From: an uncultured Chloroflexia bacterium
GTDB lineage: Bacteria > Chloroflexota > Limnocylindria > Limnocylindrales > CSP1-4
Direction: 5' to 3'
Length of the DNA: 64,000 nt
Assembly (NCBI GenBank): GCA_963749705.1
Contig: CAVVNQ010000007.1
Location: 160,001-224,000 of the forward strand
Under the pieces are notes generated by a model, which was not told the origin of the DNA, searched no databases, and worked only from the letters and a program-made list of their open reading frames with translations. How positions within the stretch are numbered: the stretch's first letter is position 1; every line of letters begins with the position of its first letter. The position numbers were made by a program, and so were the translations under genes. This document shows positions 1 through 10,379 of this stretch, piece by piece.

Positions 1-348
1 ATTTGAGCAAAACGACGTCACGTTGCAGATGATCGAGGCTCGGCACTTTGCCCCGATCGCAGTGACCGCCGACTTCAAGTAGCAGCCGCTCGCCGCGGAT
101 GCCGATGCCCCGATGTTGTGGGCTACCAAGTCGGTCGCACGACGAGCCTCGCGATCGAAGTCCGCCAGGCGGTATGCAGCAATGGAGGCGAGGCTGGAAC
201 TGACCTCCCAATACACATAGGCGTCGATCGGGCCGGTCGCTCGGATTTCCTCGTCCAGTCGGGTCGCGGCATCAAGAAGTCGGGACTGTTCGAGAAGCCG
301 GATTCGGCGACGCAATTCCTCATGATCGGAACCACGGAAGTCGTGCAT
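1..348 (-). CDS. Possible hypothetical protein running off the left edge (MHDFRGSDHEELRRRIRLLEQ...)
   Basis: Minus-strand frame open from ATG at 348 to the window edge, with a G-rich RBS-like stretch upstream; no recognisable motif. A plus-strand C-terminal fragment ending at TAG 80-82 is an alternative. Confidence 0.25.
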   Translation of the reverse strand, partial: MHDFRGSDHEELRRRIRLLEQSRLLDAATRLDEEIRATGPIDAYVYWEVSSSLASIAAYRLADFDREARRATDLVAHNIGASASAASGCYLKSAVTAIGAKCRASIICNVTSFCSN

Positions 349-610
349 CGCTGTTTCGCACCCCCTGCTTCAGTCACCGATGCCTGGCAGTCTAGGCGAC
401 GGAGAGGCGTCGATCGAGGGCGCTGGGTTCGGGTGACGAGTGGTGAAGCCGTGCCCCGCGAGCTGACCTTGCTCGCATGAAGGACCGTTCCGGCCAGCCA
501 ATGAGGACGTGATGCCAAGGTCCTGGAAGGCGCAGTCGACCACCTCCCCCAGACCCGGCGGCACACGATGAGCAGATCGTGCCACGTCAGCGTCCGTGGG
601 ACGATGACCC

Positions 611-1831
611 TTGCGGCGGATCGGCCAGCAAGAGTCGCGGCTCGTGGAGTGGCAAGTGACCATCGACCCGATCAGGCGAATGACACCCGAGGAGTTGCGG
701 GCCGCCGTGGACGACTTCGACAGGCGTTATGTCGAAGACTGGGACGCCTGGCTGGCGGCGGGGCCTCGGGACAAGGCGAGACTATTTGGGAAGATCCTGC
801 GCAGGTGGCAGGCGACCCGGCCAAGGCCAATGCGCCGGATCAGGTCCGAGGCCCAGCACGGAGAGCCCTTCCTCGAGGACCTGCTCGAACTGGCGGCGGA
901 GCCACTGGAGAGACTGGCCGACCTGACGGTGCAGACGCTCCCTCACCGGACGGAGCGGCAGGGCCGGGCACTCGCGGATCTGTGGGCTCTGTTCTCGGGC
1001 CTAACCTCAAACGGAACCGCGTCATGCGTCGGAATCTCCAAGAGCGTCCTCCTCCTGACCGACGGGCGGATCGGTCCCGCCCTCGACTCGAACGTCCGCA
1101 AGCAGATCCATGTCCGTCGGCCGGAGACGTGCGCGGCCTGGGTGGCGATCCTGGAGGGCGTGGCCGAGGACATCGCAGCCTACGAGTCCCGGAATGGTCC
1201 GTTGGCAAGGGCCGTCCCACCACCGTTCGCGCATCTCGCCTGCGGCCGGCTGTACGACATGGCGCTCGGCCCCCGGTCGCGTCTTGGGCAACAGGTCCGT
1301 CGCCCGTCGGGAATTAGCCGTCCGGGGCGACCTGCGGAGGCCCGGGGGAGTGGCCGCGGATCGTCCCCAGCCGGCGTGCCGCACGCGACGGCGCGTCCTC
1401 CGGTCGCGCGCGCGATGGCCACTGATGCCGCTCCCGTCGCTGACCGGATCAGGCGCCGGTTCGAAGCCGCGGGGCCGACCGTCCGGATACCCCTGCTGAA
1501 GGGAGGTCGTTCCTTCACGGCCTCGATCGCGGAGGACGGGATCACGGTCAGCAACCTCGCCAAGCAGCCATTCCTGCCATGGGCCGTGTTCGAGGAAGCC
1601 GTCGCCCTCCTCGGGCGCACCGGGGGTCACGCGAGTCGCGGTGACGCCATGAACTGCAAGCTGGGCGACGATGGCCTCTCCCTGGACTCGGTGGAGGGCC
1701 ACGTCGCGGCGGCGGTCTACGGCCGCCGAGTGGGTGACTCGGTATTTCGGCGGATCACGCCCGTCGCGGGCGTCCTCATCTGGGCGGGCGTGTGCGGACA
1801 CAGCCCAGGCGAGCTGTTCCTGCTCGGCTAG
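611..1831 (+). CDS. Two-domain hypothetical protein (start may be downstream, ~656-680)
   Basis: 406-aa ORF with two globular-looking segments (…VGISKSVLLLTDGRIGPALDSNVRK… and …QPFLPWAVFEEAV…GDSVFRRITPVAGVLIWAGVC…) joined by a Pro/Arg/Gly linker. Confidence 0.6.
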   Translation: MRRIGQQESRLVEWQVTIDPIRRMTPEELRAAVDDFDRRYVEDWDAWLAAGPRDKARLFGKILRRWQATRPRPMRRIRSEAQHGEPFLEDLLELAAEPLERLADLTVQTLPHRTERQGRALADLWALFSGLTSNGTASCVGISKSVLLLTDGRIGPALDSNVRKQIHVRRPETCAAWVAILEGVAEDIAAYESRNGPLARAVPPPFAHLACGRLYDMALGPRSRLGQQVRRPSGISRPGRPAEARGSGRGSSPAGVPHATARPPVARAMATDAAPVADRIRRRFEAAGPTVRIPLLKGGRSFTASIAEDGITVSNLAKQPFLPWAVFEEAVALLGRTGGHASRGDAMNCKLGDDGLSLDSVEGHVAAAVYGRRVGDSVFRRITPVAGVLIWAGVCGHSPGELFLLG

Positions 1832-1896
1832 GTTGGGCAACCATTCACGATCCGTTCATCGTGTTGGGGCCGCCCGGCGGATCGCGCGGCTAACGA

Positions 1897-2499
1897 TCAG
1901 GGACGCATGGCATGGCGGATCCGGCTGAGGATCGTGCTGACCCTACTGCGCAGTCCGTCGCCGCCCGCGCGAGCCCCCTCGCCATCGTCAGTTGTCCAAT
2001 GCCGCTTTCGGGCAAGCTCTTCTTCCGCGGTGCGGCGCTGTTCGTCAAGTGAAAACTCGGCGAGGCGGCGCCTGTCGTTGTATTGCACGGCTGGCCTCCT
2101 CCTGGCCACGTTGAGAGGGCGGACCCTCCGAGTCAAGGGGCGGGCGTCGCATCTGGACGCGAACCCGTTGGTTTCCGACCCTCCCATCGCCTGGGGTTGC
2201 CAGATGGTGCCCTTCGCTCTCACTGGGACCACAAGACTGCTCGCGTGCGCGCGCCGCAGCTTGTAGATCGGTCCCTGGCGCGCCTGCATCTGGCGAATAG
2301 CGCCCACCATGCGGTCGATCGAGGCTAGGCCCTGTTCACGATCCTGTCGCGACCGCGCGGCCTCCTCCGGCGACAGTTTCCTCGGCGGGGCGGGCTCCGC
2401 CCGCAGCAGGGAAATGACTTCATCGATGGAGCGACCGGGCTCGCACTGCTCGCGCAGACTCGCACCGGTCTGCTGTAGGGTCCGCGAGGGAGGTGTCAA
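1897..2499 (-). CDS. Doubtful hypothetical ORF, possibly degenerate
   Basis: Only the helical-looking segment SIDEVISLLR…QGPIYKL looks protein-like; the region is less GC-rich than its neighbours. Confidence 0.2.
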   Translation of the reverse strand: MTPPSRTLQQTGASLREQCEPGRSIDEVISLLRAEPAPPRKLSPEEAARSRQDREQGLASIDRMVGAIRQMQARQGPIYKLRRAHASSLVVPVRAKGTIWQPQAMGGSETNGFASRCDARPLTRRVRPLNVARRRPAVQYNDRRRLAEFSLDEQRRTAEEELARKRHWTTDDGEGARAGGDGLRSRVSTILSRIRHAMRP

Positions 2500-3896
2500 T
2501 GCGCGACGAGGCCATCCACAGGGTCCTGGAGCGGGCGGACGCGGCGGGGGCGGAGCTCGTCCGGTTCCTGTACGTCGATCACGGTGGGGTCGTCCGGGGC
2601 AAGGCGACCAGCCGGGCGACGCTCGAGCGGCGGATGCGGACCGGGATCGGGCTGACGGTCGCGATGCAGGCCATGAACATGCTCGACGAGCTCCAGCCCG
2701 TCGAGGGCATGAGCCCGGCCGGTGAGGTGCGCATCGTTCCGGACCCCGGGTCGTACGTGGACCTGCCGTTCTCGCCCGGCGCGGCCGCGATGATGAGCGA
2801 CCTGGTCGATCTGGACGGGCGGCCCTGGGCCGCGTGCCCCCGCTCGTTCCTCCGGTCGGCGATCGCCATGGCCGCCGGCGAAGGCCTGGCGATCGAGGCC
2901 GCGTTCGAGCCGGAGTTCCTGCTCGCTCGACGGGAGACGGGCGCCGACGGCGATCGACTGGTGCCGGTGGACGAGAGCCTGTGCTTCTCCACGACCGGGT
3001 TCGCGCTCGCCCACGACTTCGCGCTCGACTTCGTCCGTGCGATCCAGGCCCAGGGCATGACGGTCGAGCTCTATCACCCGGAGCTCGGCCATGGGCAGCA
3101 GGAGATGTCGATCCGGCACGCCCCGGCCCTCAGCGCCGCGGACCATCAGGTCTGGTATCGCGAGACGGCACGCGGCGTGGCGTGGCGGCACGGCCTGTGG
3201 GCATCGCTCGCGCCCAAGCCGCTGCCGGACCAGGCCGGCAACGGCCTGCACTGCCACTTCTCCGCCTGGACATCGGCCGGGGAAGGGGAGGGCGACGGTG
3301 GAACCGCTCCCCGCAATGCCTTCCACGATCCCGGCGACCGATACGGGCTCTCGCAGCTCGCCTACCACTTCATCGGTGGCGTGCTGGAGCATCTCCCGGC
3401 GCTGGTCGCGCTGACCTGCGGGAGCGTGAACAGCTATCGCCGCCTCCTGCCGCAGCACTGGTCGAGCGCCTACGTGTGCTACGGCGACGACAATCGCGAG
3501 GCGGCGATCCGGATCCCGTCCCGGATGTGGGGCGACGACGAGGGCTCCACCAACCTCGAGCTCAAGGCGTCCGACAGCACGGGCAACCCGTACCTCGCGC
3601 TCGGCGGCCTCATCCACGCGGGGCTCGACGGCATCCGTCGACAGCTCGATCCGGGCGACCCGGTCAACGTCGATCCGGCCACGCTGAGCGAGCCGGAGCT
3701 GCGCCGGCGCGGCATCGCCCGCCTGCCGGCATCGCTGGGCGAAGCGCTCGACGCCCTGGAACGGGACGAGGTGCTCATGGAGGCCCTCGGGCCGTTGCGG
3801 CGGACGGCATACCTGGCCGTCAAGCGGTCGGAGGTCGCATCGTTCTCGGCGCACGACGCGGCGTTCGAGTGCTTCCAGCACGCGCTGCGGTTCTAG
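2499..3896 (+). CDS. Glutamine synthetase family protein (gamma-glutamyl-amine ligase-like, FluG C-terminal type)
   Basis: GS motifs FEPEF, HPELGHGQQE, PKP…GNGLHCHFS, NREAAIRIP, NLELKASD…NPYLAL; RBS GGGAGG before ATG 2499. Confidence 0.9.
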   Translation: MRDEAIHRVLERADAAGAELVRFLYVDHGGVVRGKATSRATLERRMRTGIGLTVAMQAMNMLDELQPVEGMSPAGEVRIVPDPGSYVDLPFSPGAAAMMSDLVDLDGRPWAACPRSFLRSAIAMAAGEGLAIEAAFEPEFLLARRETGADGDRLVPVDESLCFSTTGFALAHDFALDFVRAIQAQGMTVELYHPELGHGQQEMSIRHAPALSAADHQVWYRETARGVAWRHGLWASLAPKPLPDQAGNGLHCHFSAWTSAGEGEGDGGTAPRNAFHDPGDRYGLSQLAYHFIGGVLEHLPALVALTCGSVNSYRRLLPQHWSSAYVCYGDDNREAAIRIPSRMWGDDEGSTNLELKASDSTGNPYLALGGLIHAGLDGIRRQLDPGDPVNVDPATLSEPELRRRGIARLPASLGEALDALERDEVLMEALGPLRRTAYLAVKRSEVASFSAHDAAFECFQHALRF

Positions 3897-3950
3897 CCCG
3901 GCCGGCGCGATGGCGATGCGAGCCGGACCTGAGGATTTGAGGCGCCCCAG

Positions 3951-5726
3951 ATGTCGACGGACACCGTGACCGACCTGCTCGCACGGATCGGCGCGACGCT
4001 GGGCGAGATCCCGGCAGTGGACCAGCACTGCCATGGCCTCGTCGAGACGTGGCCGGACCTCGACGACGCCGCGCCCGCATGGCGCCGATGCTTCACCGAG
4101 GCCGTGCGGCCTGCCTCCCTGCAGCGTGACGTTCCGTCCACCCGGGGCTACGTCGAGCTCCTGCGGGCGATGGCCACGTACCTCGGAGGCGCGGCGCCCG
4201 CCCCCGCCGACCTCGAGGCATGGGTCGTGCGGGAACGTGCCCGAGCGATCGGCGACGATCCCGACGCCTACGCGCGCCGGCTGTTCGACGACGCCGGCGT
4301 CTCGATGATCCTCGTGGACACGGGGTACGGCTCGCCGGACGTGGTCGGGCTTGCGCGCACGATTGGCCGGCCCGCGCACACGATCGTCCGGATCGAGAGC
4401 GTCGCCGAACGATGCCTTGCGAAGCCGCCGGGGAGCGCCCGCACCCGGCTTGCGTTCACCGAGGCGGTGCTCGAGGCGCTCGACGACGCCATCGCGTCGG
4501 GGGCCGTGGGGTTCAAGACGATCGCCGCCTACCGCGCCGGCCTCGACCTGCCCGAGCCGTCGGCCGCGGAGGTCGATGGCGCATTCCGGCGTCTCGATCG
4601 CGCGGTTCAGGCTCGCCGTCTCGACGACCGGGTGATCATCGCCCACGTCCTGTGGACGGCCGCCCGACTGGCGGCGGTCCGAGGCGTCCCACTTCAGGTC
4701 CACGTCGGGCTGGGCGACGAGGACGTCCAGCTTCCGGCCTCCGATCCGTCGCTGCTTCGGCCGCTGCTGCGCGACGCCTCGATCGAGGAATGCCGCCTGG
4801 TCCTGCTGCACTGCCACCCATTCATCGACCAGGCCGCGTATCTCGCATCGGTGTTCCCGCAGGTTCACGTCGACCTGTCGCTGGCGATCCCGCTGCTGGG
4901 CGGCGCCGGTGCGGAGCGTGCGATCGCGTCCGCACTCGCGCTGTGCCCCACGACCAAGCTCCTGGCCGGCTCCGATGGCCACTCCTATCCGGAGATGCAC
5001 TGGCGCGGCATCCGCCTGTGGCGAGATGCGCTTGCCAGGGTGCTCGCGCGCGAGGTCGCGTCGGGTCGAATGGACGAGGCCGAGGTCGAGCCGATCGGCG
5101 CGGACATCCTGGCCGGGAACGCCCGGCGGCTGTATCGGCTGCCGCCCGAGGCCGCGTGCGATCGCCTACCCGCTCTTGCCGATCAGCTGCCGCAGGGCCG
5201 CCTGGTCCGGGGCGACCAGCTCGGCGATCCGCTCGCGGCTCACCTCGGCGACGATGACCTCGCCCACCTCGGTGTTGACCTCGCGGAAGATGCCGATGTC
5301 CTGCATCCGGGCCGTCTGGATCGCGTTGTCCTCGGTCGGGCTGACGTAGTGGACCGACTCCGCGCGGTAGCGGTGGATCAGGTACAGGTGCGCGAGCGTC
5401 ATCAGGCGCCGGCGCCGGAGCGAGGGATCGAACGTGTTCTGGTCGCGGACGGACAGGATGCTCCGGCCCCGGCGATCGTGGATGGGGGCGAACACGATCC
5501 CCGCCAGCTTGCGGTCGCCGCTGCCCACCAGGGCGAGCTCGAGGAGCTCCGACCCGGCCCGGTGCGGCAGCAGCCGGACCCGTGGCGCCGGCTCGAGCTC
5601 GTTGTGCTCCGCCCACAGCGCGAGCCACTGCTCGAGGAGGCGCTTGGGGACCTCGGTCTGCTGCGTGTGCTGGTGCTGGGTCGAGCCCTTGCCCATCGCC
5701 ATCGTGGTGGCCGTCCGGCCCGATGA
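3951..5726 (+). CDS. Amidohydrolase_2 family protein (FluG N-terminal-like); homologous core ends ~5140
   Basis: VDQHCH metal motif, [41 protein letters not shown]. The frame continues ~560 nt antisense into aceA. Confidence 0.85.
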   Translation: MSTDTVTDLLARIGATLGEIPAVDQHCHGLVETWPDLDDAAPAWRRCFTEAVRPASLQRDVPSTRGYVELLRAMATYLGGAAPAPADLEAWVVRERARAIGDDPDAYARRLFDDAGVSMILVDTGYGSPDVVGLARTIGRPAHTIVRIESVAERCLAKPPGSARTRLAFTEAVLEALDDAIASGAVGFKTIAAYRAGLDLPEPSAAEVDGAFRRLDRAVQARRLDDRVIIAHVLWTAARLAAVRGVPLQVHVGLGDEDVQLPASDPSLLRPLLRDASIEECRLVLLHCHPFIDQAAYLASVFPQVHVDLSLAIPLLGGAGAERAIASALALCPTTKLLAGSDGHSYPEMHWRGIRLWRDALARVLAREVASGRMDEAEVEPIGADILAGNARRLYRLPPEAACDRLPALADQLPQGRLVRGDQLGDPLAAHLGDDDLAHLGVDLAEDADVLHPGRLDRVVLGRADVVDRLRAVAVDQVQVRERHQAPAPERGIERVLVADGQDAPAPAIVDGGEHDPRQLAVAAAHQGELEELRPGPVRQQPDPWRRLELVVLRPQREPLLEEALGDLGLLRVLVLGRALAHRHRGGRPAR

Positions 5727-7487
5727 CGCGACGAGCGCGGCATCCAGGCGCGGGCCGCCCACCAGCGTCTGCGGCGTTCGATACGGCGACTCGACCAGCC
5801 GGATCTTCCGCTGGAGCCGGGCGAGCGCGAGCATCCCGTCCTGCTGGAGCGCGGTCGCGAACTCCTCCGCCGCGACGCCGTCGACCTGGTGCCCGCCGTA
5901 GGTGATGAAGTTGAACACGAACCCGAGCTTCCCCAGCTCCTCGGGGAAGCGCCGCATCTCGTCGTCGCTCATGCCGGTCGAGTCCCAGTTGAACGACGGC
6001 GACAGGTTGTACGCGAGCATCTGGTCCGGGTGCACGGCATGGATCGCATCGGCGAACCGCCGGGCGTCCGCGAGATCGGCGGTCTTGGTCTCCATCCACA
6101 GGATGTCGGCGAACGGCGCGACGGCCAGCGACTTGGCGATGGCATAGGGGATGCCGCCCGCGACCTGGTAGTAGCCCTCCGGGGTCGTGGCTCGCTCGCA
6201 GTCCCAGTCGACCTCCAGCCCGAGCTCGGCCGCGCGCGCCCGCGCGACCGCGTGCGACGCGCCGCGCGCAAACGCCAGCCACGCCTCGCGCGTGATCGGC
6301 AAGGACGCCTCGTCGCCGTCGAGATCGTCGTCGCGCTCGCGCTCCTCCAGCTCGCGCGCCTCGATCACGTCCGCGACCGCATCCGCGTAGGTGGCCAGGC
6401 CGGCGTCCTCCTCCCAGGCCGCGAGGAACCGCTCGGCCACCCGGTCGAAGGTCGCGTCGAGATCGGCACCGCCCGCGATGTCCGCGCTCGCCGCACGCAC
6501 CGCGTCCGCGATCCCGGTGCGCTCCAGCCAGGCGTCGGCCGCGCGGTACTCGCCATCGTCGATCGCATACAGCCGGTGCCCGTTGAGCTCCTCCACGCCG
6601 GCCTCGTGGAAGCGCCGGTGCAGGGCGAGGAAGGCGACCTTGTACGCGGGCACCTCGAGGTTCGTGACGCCCAGGATGAACGGCTGGTCGCGCTCGTCAC
6701 CGCGAGACTCGAGCAGGTTGGCGGACTCGGCATCGGTCCGCGCCACGATGATCCCGGGCACGCCCATGACGTCCAGCTGGAAGCGCGCGGCGTTGAGGCG
6801 CTTGATCTGCTCGTTGCACGACACCAGCACCTTGCCGCCCTGGTGTCCGCACTTCTTGGTGCCCGGGCGCTGGTCCTCGATGTGGTAGCCGGGCACGCCC
6901 GCCTCGACGAACCGCCGGATCAGGTTGCGGACGTGGGGATCGCCGCCGTGGCCCGTGTCGGCGTCGGCGATGATGAACGGGCGGTAGTCCGCCGCCGGGG
7001 TCGCGGCGCGCTGCTCGGGCGTCATCCGGGAGCGCAGGAAATGCTGGTTCCGATCGGCGGTCAGCAGCGCCCGGACCAGGCCCGCCGCCTCGTCCGGGAC
7101 CTGTGACAGCGGGTAGCTGGCGAGATCCGGCCCCGGGTCCTCCGTTGCCGATCCCTTGGCCGAGGTCGCCCAGCCGCCGAGGTAGATCCCCTCGATCCCC
7201 AGCCGCCTGGCGACCACGGCCTGGCCGGGGGAGTAGGGACCGAACGTCGTGATGCAGCGCCGCTGCTCGAACAGCTCGCGCAGCCGCGCGTGGAACGCGA
7301 TCGCCGCGTCCCGGGCGACCGTGTGCTCGGACGCGATCGTGCCCCGCTGCTCTGCGACCTGGCGGGCGGAGTGCAGGCGCGTGATGCGGGCGAACCGGGG
7401 GCCCGTCAGCCAGTCACGGACCTCGGCGATGGTCGAATCCGGGCGCTGTTCGGGGACCCCCGCAGCCGGGGGCGGTGTTGCGAGCAT
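5166..7487 (-). CDS. aceA: Isocitrate lyase, long ICL2 type with C-terminal GNAT-like domain
   Basis: Catalytic [31 protein letters not shown]; C-terminal …VRDQNTF…[14 protein letters not shown]…VSPTEDN… like mycobacterial ICL2; 773 aa. Confidence 0.95.
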   Translation of the reverse strand: MLATPPPAAGVPEQRPDSTIAEVRDWLTGPRFARITRLHSARQVAEQRGTIASEHTVARDAAIAFHARLRELFEQRRCITTFGPYSPGQAVVARRLGIEGIYLGGWATSAKGSATEDPGPDLASYPLSQVPDEAAGLVRALLTADRNQHFLRSRMTPEQRAATPAADYRPFIIADADTGHGGDPHVRNLIRRFVEAGVPGYHIEDQRPGTKKCGHQGGKVLVSCNEQIKRLNAARFQLDVMGVPGIIVARTDAESANLLESRGDERDQPFILGVTNLEVPAYKVAFLALHRRFHEAGVEELNGHRLYAIDDGEYRAADAWLERTGIADAVRAASADIAGGADLDATFDRVAERFLAAWEEDAGLATYADAVADVIEARELEERERDDDLDGDEASLPITREAWLAFARGASHAVARARAAELGLEVDWDCERATTPEGYYQVAGGIPYAIAKSLAVAPFADILWMETKTADLADARRFADAIHAVHPDQMLAYNLSPSFNWDSTGMSDDEMRRFPEELGKLGFVFNFITYGGHQVDGVAAEEFATALQQDGMLALARLQRKIRLVESPYRTPQTLVGGPRLDAALVASSGRTATTMAMGKGSTQHQHTQQTEVPKRLLEQWLALWAEHNELEPAPRVRLLPHRAGSELLELALVGSGDRKLAGIVFAPIHDRRGRSILSVRDQNTFDPSLRRRRLMTLAHLYLIHRYRAESVHYVSPTEDNAIQTARMQDIGIFREVNTEVGEVIVAEVSRERIAELVAPDQAALRQLIGKSG

Positions 7488-7502
7488 GTGGCCGTGGCTC
7501 GA

Positions 7503-7697
7503 TCAGTCGTTTTCGTGATCGCGGATGCAGTCGATGGGGCACGTGCACTCGGCAACGTCGGGCTCCGACGGGGGCGCCGGCGGCCAGGCGAGCTGGGTCC
7601 CGACGGCAGCCCAGGTGACGGCCATCCATTCCGGCGGCGGGGTGCGCTGCACGAGCAGGTCGACGGGGTAGGCGGTGAGATCGAAGAGGTGGGTCAT
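7503..7697 (-). CDS. 64-aa small protein with C-terminal CTCPIDCIRDHEND motif
   Basis: ATG with strong RBS (AGGAGGG), 15 nt upstream of aceA on the same strand. Confidence 0.65.
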   Translation of the reverse strand: MTHLFDLTAYPVDLLVQRTPPPEWMAVTWAAVGTQLAWPPAPPSEPDVAECTCPIDCIRDHEND

Positions 7698-7745
7698 GAT
7701 CGGCCCTCCTGTGGGGTTGGAACCCCATCCTGGGGGAGGCCGTAG

Positions 7746-7792
7746 TATCAGTCAAATCACTTGATATGATCAGACATATCATTTGCATTGAT
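7746..7792. promoter_or_regulatory. LysR-type operator region
   Basis: AT-rich island with two ATCA-N7-TGAT (T-N11-A) boxes at 7756-7770 and 7778-7792, 22 bp apart, between divergent genes. Confidence 0.7.
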
Positions 7793-7806
7793 GATCGAGG
7801 CCGGTC

Positions 7807-8724
7807 GTGCTCATCGCCCAGGTCGAAGGCTTCCTCGAGATCGCCCGCCAGCGGAACCTGAGTCGTGCCGCGGCGGCGCTCCACGTCACCCAGCCGGCGC
7901 TGACGGCGCGCATCCGGCTGCTCGAGGAGGAGCTGGGCACGCCGCTGTTCGAGCGCTCGAGTCGCGGGATGCAGCTCACGGACGCGGGCCGGGCGTTCCT
8001 GCCACACGCGGAGCGGGCGATCCGGGCGCTCGACGCCGGCCGGGACCTGGTGGCGGAGCACGCCCAGGGAACCACGGGCCAGCTCACGATCGGCACGGCC
8101 CCGGCGGTCGGCGCCTATGTCCTGCCCGGGATCCTCGCCCGCTTCGTCCGGCGGTTCAGCGGGGTGCGGCTGGTCGTCCGGACCGGCCACTCGGAGGAGA
8201 TCGCCGACCACGTCGCGCGCGACGAGCTCGACATCGGCCTCATCCGCGAGCTCGTCCGGCCGGGGCTGACCGTCAGGTTGCTGTACGAGGACGAGCTCAT
8301 CCTCGTGGTTCCCGCCCAGCATCCGCTCGCCCGGGTCGATGCGACCGGCGTGGAGCGGCTCGCCGACTCCACGCTCATCCTGTTCGACCGCACCTCGAGC
8401 TACTACGACCTCACCAACGCGATCTTCCGGGCCGCGGGCGTCGCCCCTCGAAGCGTGATCGAGCTGGACAACATCGAGGCCGCCAAGCACATGGTCAGGC
8501 AGGGCCTGGGGGTCGCCCTCCTGCCGCATACGGCGATCGCCGGGGATCTTGCGCGTGGTGACCTGCGAGCCGTCGACCTCGTGGGCGTCGGGCCGACGCG
8601 GCGGAGGATCGTGGCCGTCCATCGGGGTGGGGCCGGTTCACGTTCGCCGGCGCTGCAGGGCTTCCTGGACGTGCTCGACGAGATCGACGAGATCCTGCCC
8701 ACCCGGGGGGCGATCCTCGCCTGA
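7807..8724 (+). CDS. LysR family transcriptional regulator
   Basis: N-terminal HTH NLSRAAAALHVTQPALTARIRLLEEELGTPLFER plus substrate-binding domain. Confidence 0.95.
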   Translation: MLIAQVEGFLEIARQRNLSRAAAALHVTQPALTARIRLLEEELGTPLFERSSRGMQLTDAGRAFLPHAERAIRALDAGRDLVAEHAQGTTGQLTIGTAPAVGAYVLPGILARFVRRFSGVRLVVRTGHSEEIADHVARDELDIGLIRELVRPGLTVRLLYEDELILVVPAQHPLARVDATGVERLADSTLILFDRTSSYYDLTNAIFRAAGVAPRSVIELDNIEAAKHMVRQGLGVALLPHTAIAGDLARGDLRAVDLVGVGPTRRRIVAVHRGGAGSRSPALQGFLDVLDEIDEILPTRGAILA

Positions 8725-8747
8725 CCGGGTCGCCATCGGCGGTGGCG

Positions 8748-10379
8748 TCAGGGAGCGGACGCGGCCCCGTGCGTGTCGCGCAGCGGGATCTCGCGCAGCA
8801 GCAGCGTCGCCACCAGCGCCAGCACGGTCGCGCCGACGCCCAGCCACAGGCTGTTCGCGATCGCGATCGTCATCGCGCCGTGGATCCCCTCCACGAACAT
8901 CGGCTGCACCTGGGCGGGCAGCTGGGCGAGGAACTGCATCATGCCCGCAGCCCCGGCGGGGTTCGTCAGCCCGCCCAGGTCGAGGCCGGTCGGTGCCGTC
9001 GCCGGCACGACCGCGGCCGGCGCGCCCGCCGTGACGATCTCGCCCCGGAGCAGGTCCCAGGTGAGGTTGTTGCGGAACAGCGTGAACGCCATCGTGATCC
9101 CGACGGTCGTCCCGATCTGCCGGAACAGGGTCAGGTCGCTGGTCGCCGCGCCCAGCTCGTGGAACGGCACCGAGTTCTGGACCACGATCGTGAACACCGC
9201 GAACGTGGGTCCGACACCCAGCCCGGCGATGAACATCCAGCCCCACAGCAGGTAGTCCGACGTCCCGGCCCGCAGCTGCGTCATCAGCGCGAGGCCGATG
9301 CCCAGCAGCACCATGCTCACGACGAGCACGTTCCGGTAGCGACCCCGACGGGCGACGATCTGGCCGGACGCGATCGAGGCGAAGATCAGCCCGATCAGGA
9401 ACGGCAGCAGCTTGTAGCCCGACTCGGTGGCGCTGGCGCCCTCGACGACCTGGTAGTAGAGCGGCAGGAAGATGATCGCCGCCCCGAACCCGAACGTCGC
9501 CAGGAAGATGGCCACCATCGACGCCGAGAAGGTGCGGCTCCGGAACAGGTGCAGGGGGACGATGGGCTCCGCCGCCCTGGACTCCGCGACCACGAACCCG
9601 ACCAGCCCCGCGACGCCGAGGGCGAACAGGCCCCAGATCCACGGGTTGCCCCAGTTGCCGTCCTCGGCGATCGTGAGCGCGATCAGGATCGGCACCAGGC
9701 CCACGATGATGCTGGCCACGCCCAGGTAGTCGATCGCCGGTCGCGCGCCCTCCTTGCGGATCGTCGGCAGCAGGCGGGCGATGACGGCCAGGGCCACGAT
9801 CCCGATCGGGATGTTGACGTAGAAGATCCAGTGCCAGCTGAAGGTGTCGGTGAGGAACCCGCCGAGGCCGGGGCCGAGCAGGAACGCCAGGCCGAACATG
9901 GCACCGAACAGGCCCTGGTACTTGCCGCGCTCGGCCGGCGTGAACAGGTCGCCGATGACCGCCAGCGCGATCGGGAACAGCGCGCCCGCCCCCAGGCCCT
10001 GGATGCCGCGGAACAGGATCAGCTGCCACATCTCCTGGCTCAGCCCGGACAGCGCGGAGCCGACCAGGAAGATCACGATCCCGATCATCAGCAACGGCCG
10101 CCGGCCGTACAGGTCGGACAGCTTGCCGTAGATGGGCACGCTCACGGTGCTGGTCAGCAGGTACGCGGTCACGACCCAGGCGTAGTAGTCGGCACCACGG
10201 AGGTCGCCCACGATCCTGGGCAGGACCGGACCGACGATCGTCTGGTCGAGGGCGCCCAGGAACATCCCGAGCAGGATGGCGGCCAGGATCTCGAACTTCG
10301 TCCGTCGAGCGAGCCCCAGCGCCGGGTCGTGGGCGAGGTCCGGGGTCTCCGGCCCGTCCGCAAGCGGCATGGATTCCAA
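8748..10379 (-). CDS. MFS drug:H+ antiporter-2 (EmrB/QacA-like) transporter
   Basis: LDQTIV, GKLSDLYGRR, FRGIQGLG, WHWIFYVNIPIG motifs; about 14 hydrophobic segments. Confidence 0.92.
   Translation of the reverse strand: MESMPLADGPETPDLAHDPALGLARRTKFEILAAILLGMFLGALDQTIVGPVLPRIVGDLRGADYYAWVVTAYLLTSTVSVPIYGKLSDLYGRRPLLMIGIVIFLVGSALSGLSQEMWQLILFRGIQGLGAGALFPIALAVIGDLFTPAERGKYQGLFGAMFGLAFLLGPGLGGFLTDTFSWHWIFYVNIPIGIVALAVIARLLPTIRKEGARPAIDYLGVASIIVGLVPILIALTIAEDGNWGNPWIWGLFALGVAGLVGFVVAESRAAEPIVPLHLFRSRTFSASMVAIFLATFGFGAAIIFLPLYYQVVEGASATESGYKLLPFLIGLIFASIASGQIVARRGRYRNVLVVSMVLLGIGLALMTQLRAGTSDYLLWGWMFIAGLGVGPTFAVFTIVVQNSVPFHELGAATSDLTLFRQIGTTVGITMAFTLFRNNLTWDLLRGEIVTAGAPAAVVPATAPTGLDLGGLTNPAGAAGMMQFLAQLPAQVQPMFVEGIHGAMTIAIANSLWLGVGATVLALVATLLLREIPLRDTHGAASAP

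Noticed and set aside
1-2490. Mobile element or prophage edge
   Set aside because: Composition differs slightly, but no integrase, transposase, terminal repeat or tRNA site is visible.
2499-3896. Calling the ligase glnA or gmaS
   Set aside because: Family is clear, but substrate-specific assignment needs phylogeny.
2496-5000. Long antisense and alternate-frame ORFs (also 25757-28147, 29179-31461, 37552-40005, 41225-43516 and others)
   Set aside because: Shadow ORFs expected in very GC-rich DNA; they overlap motif-supported genes and lack motifs themselves.
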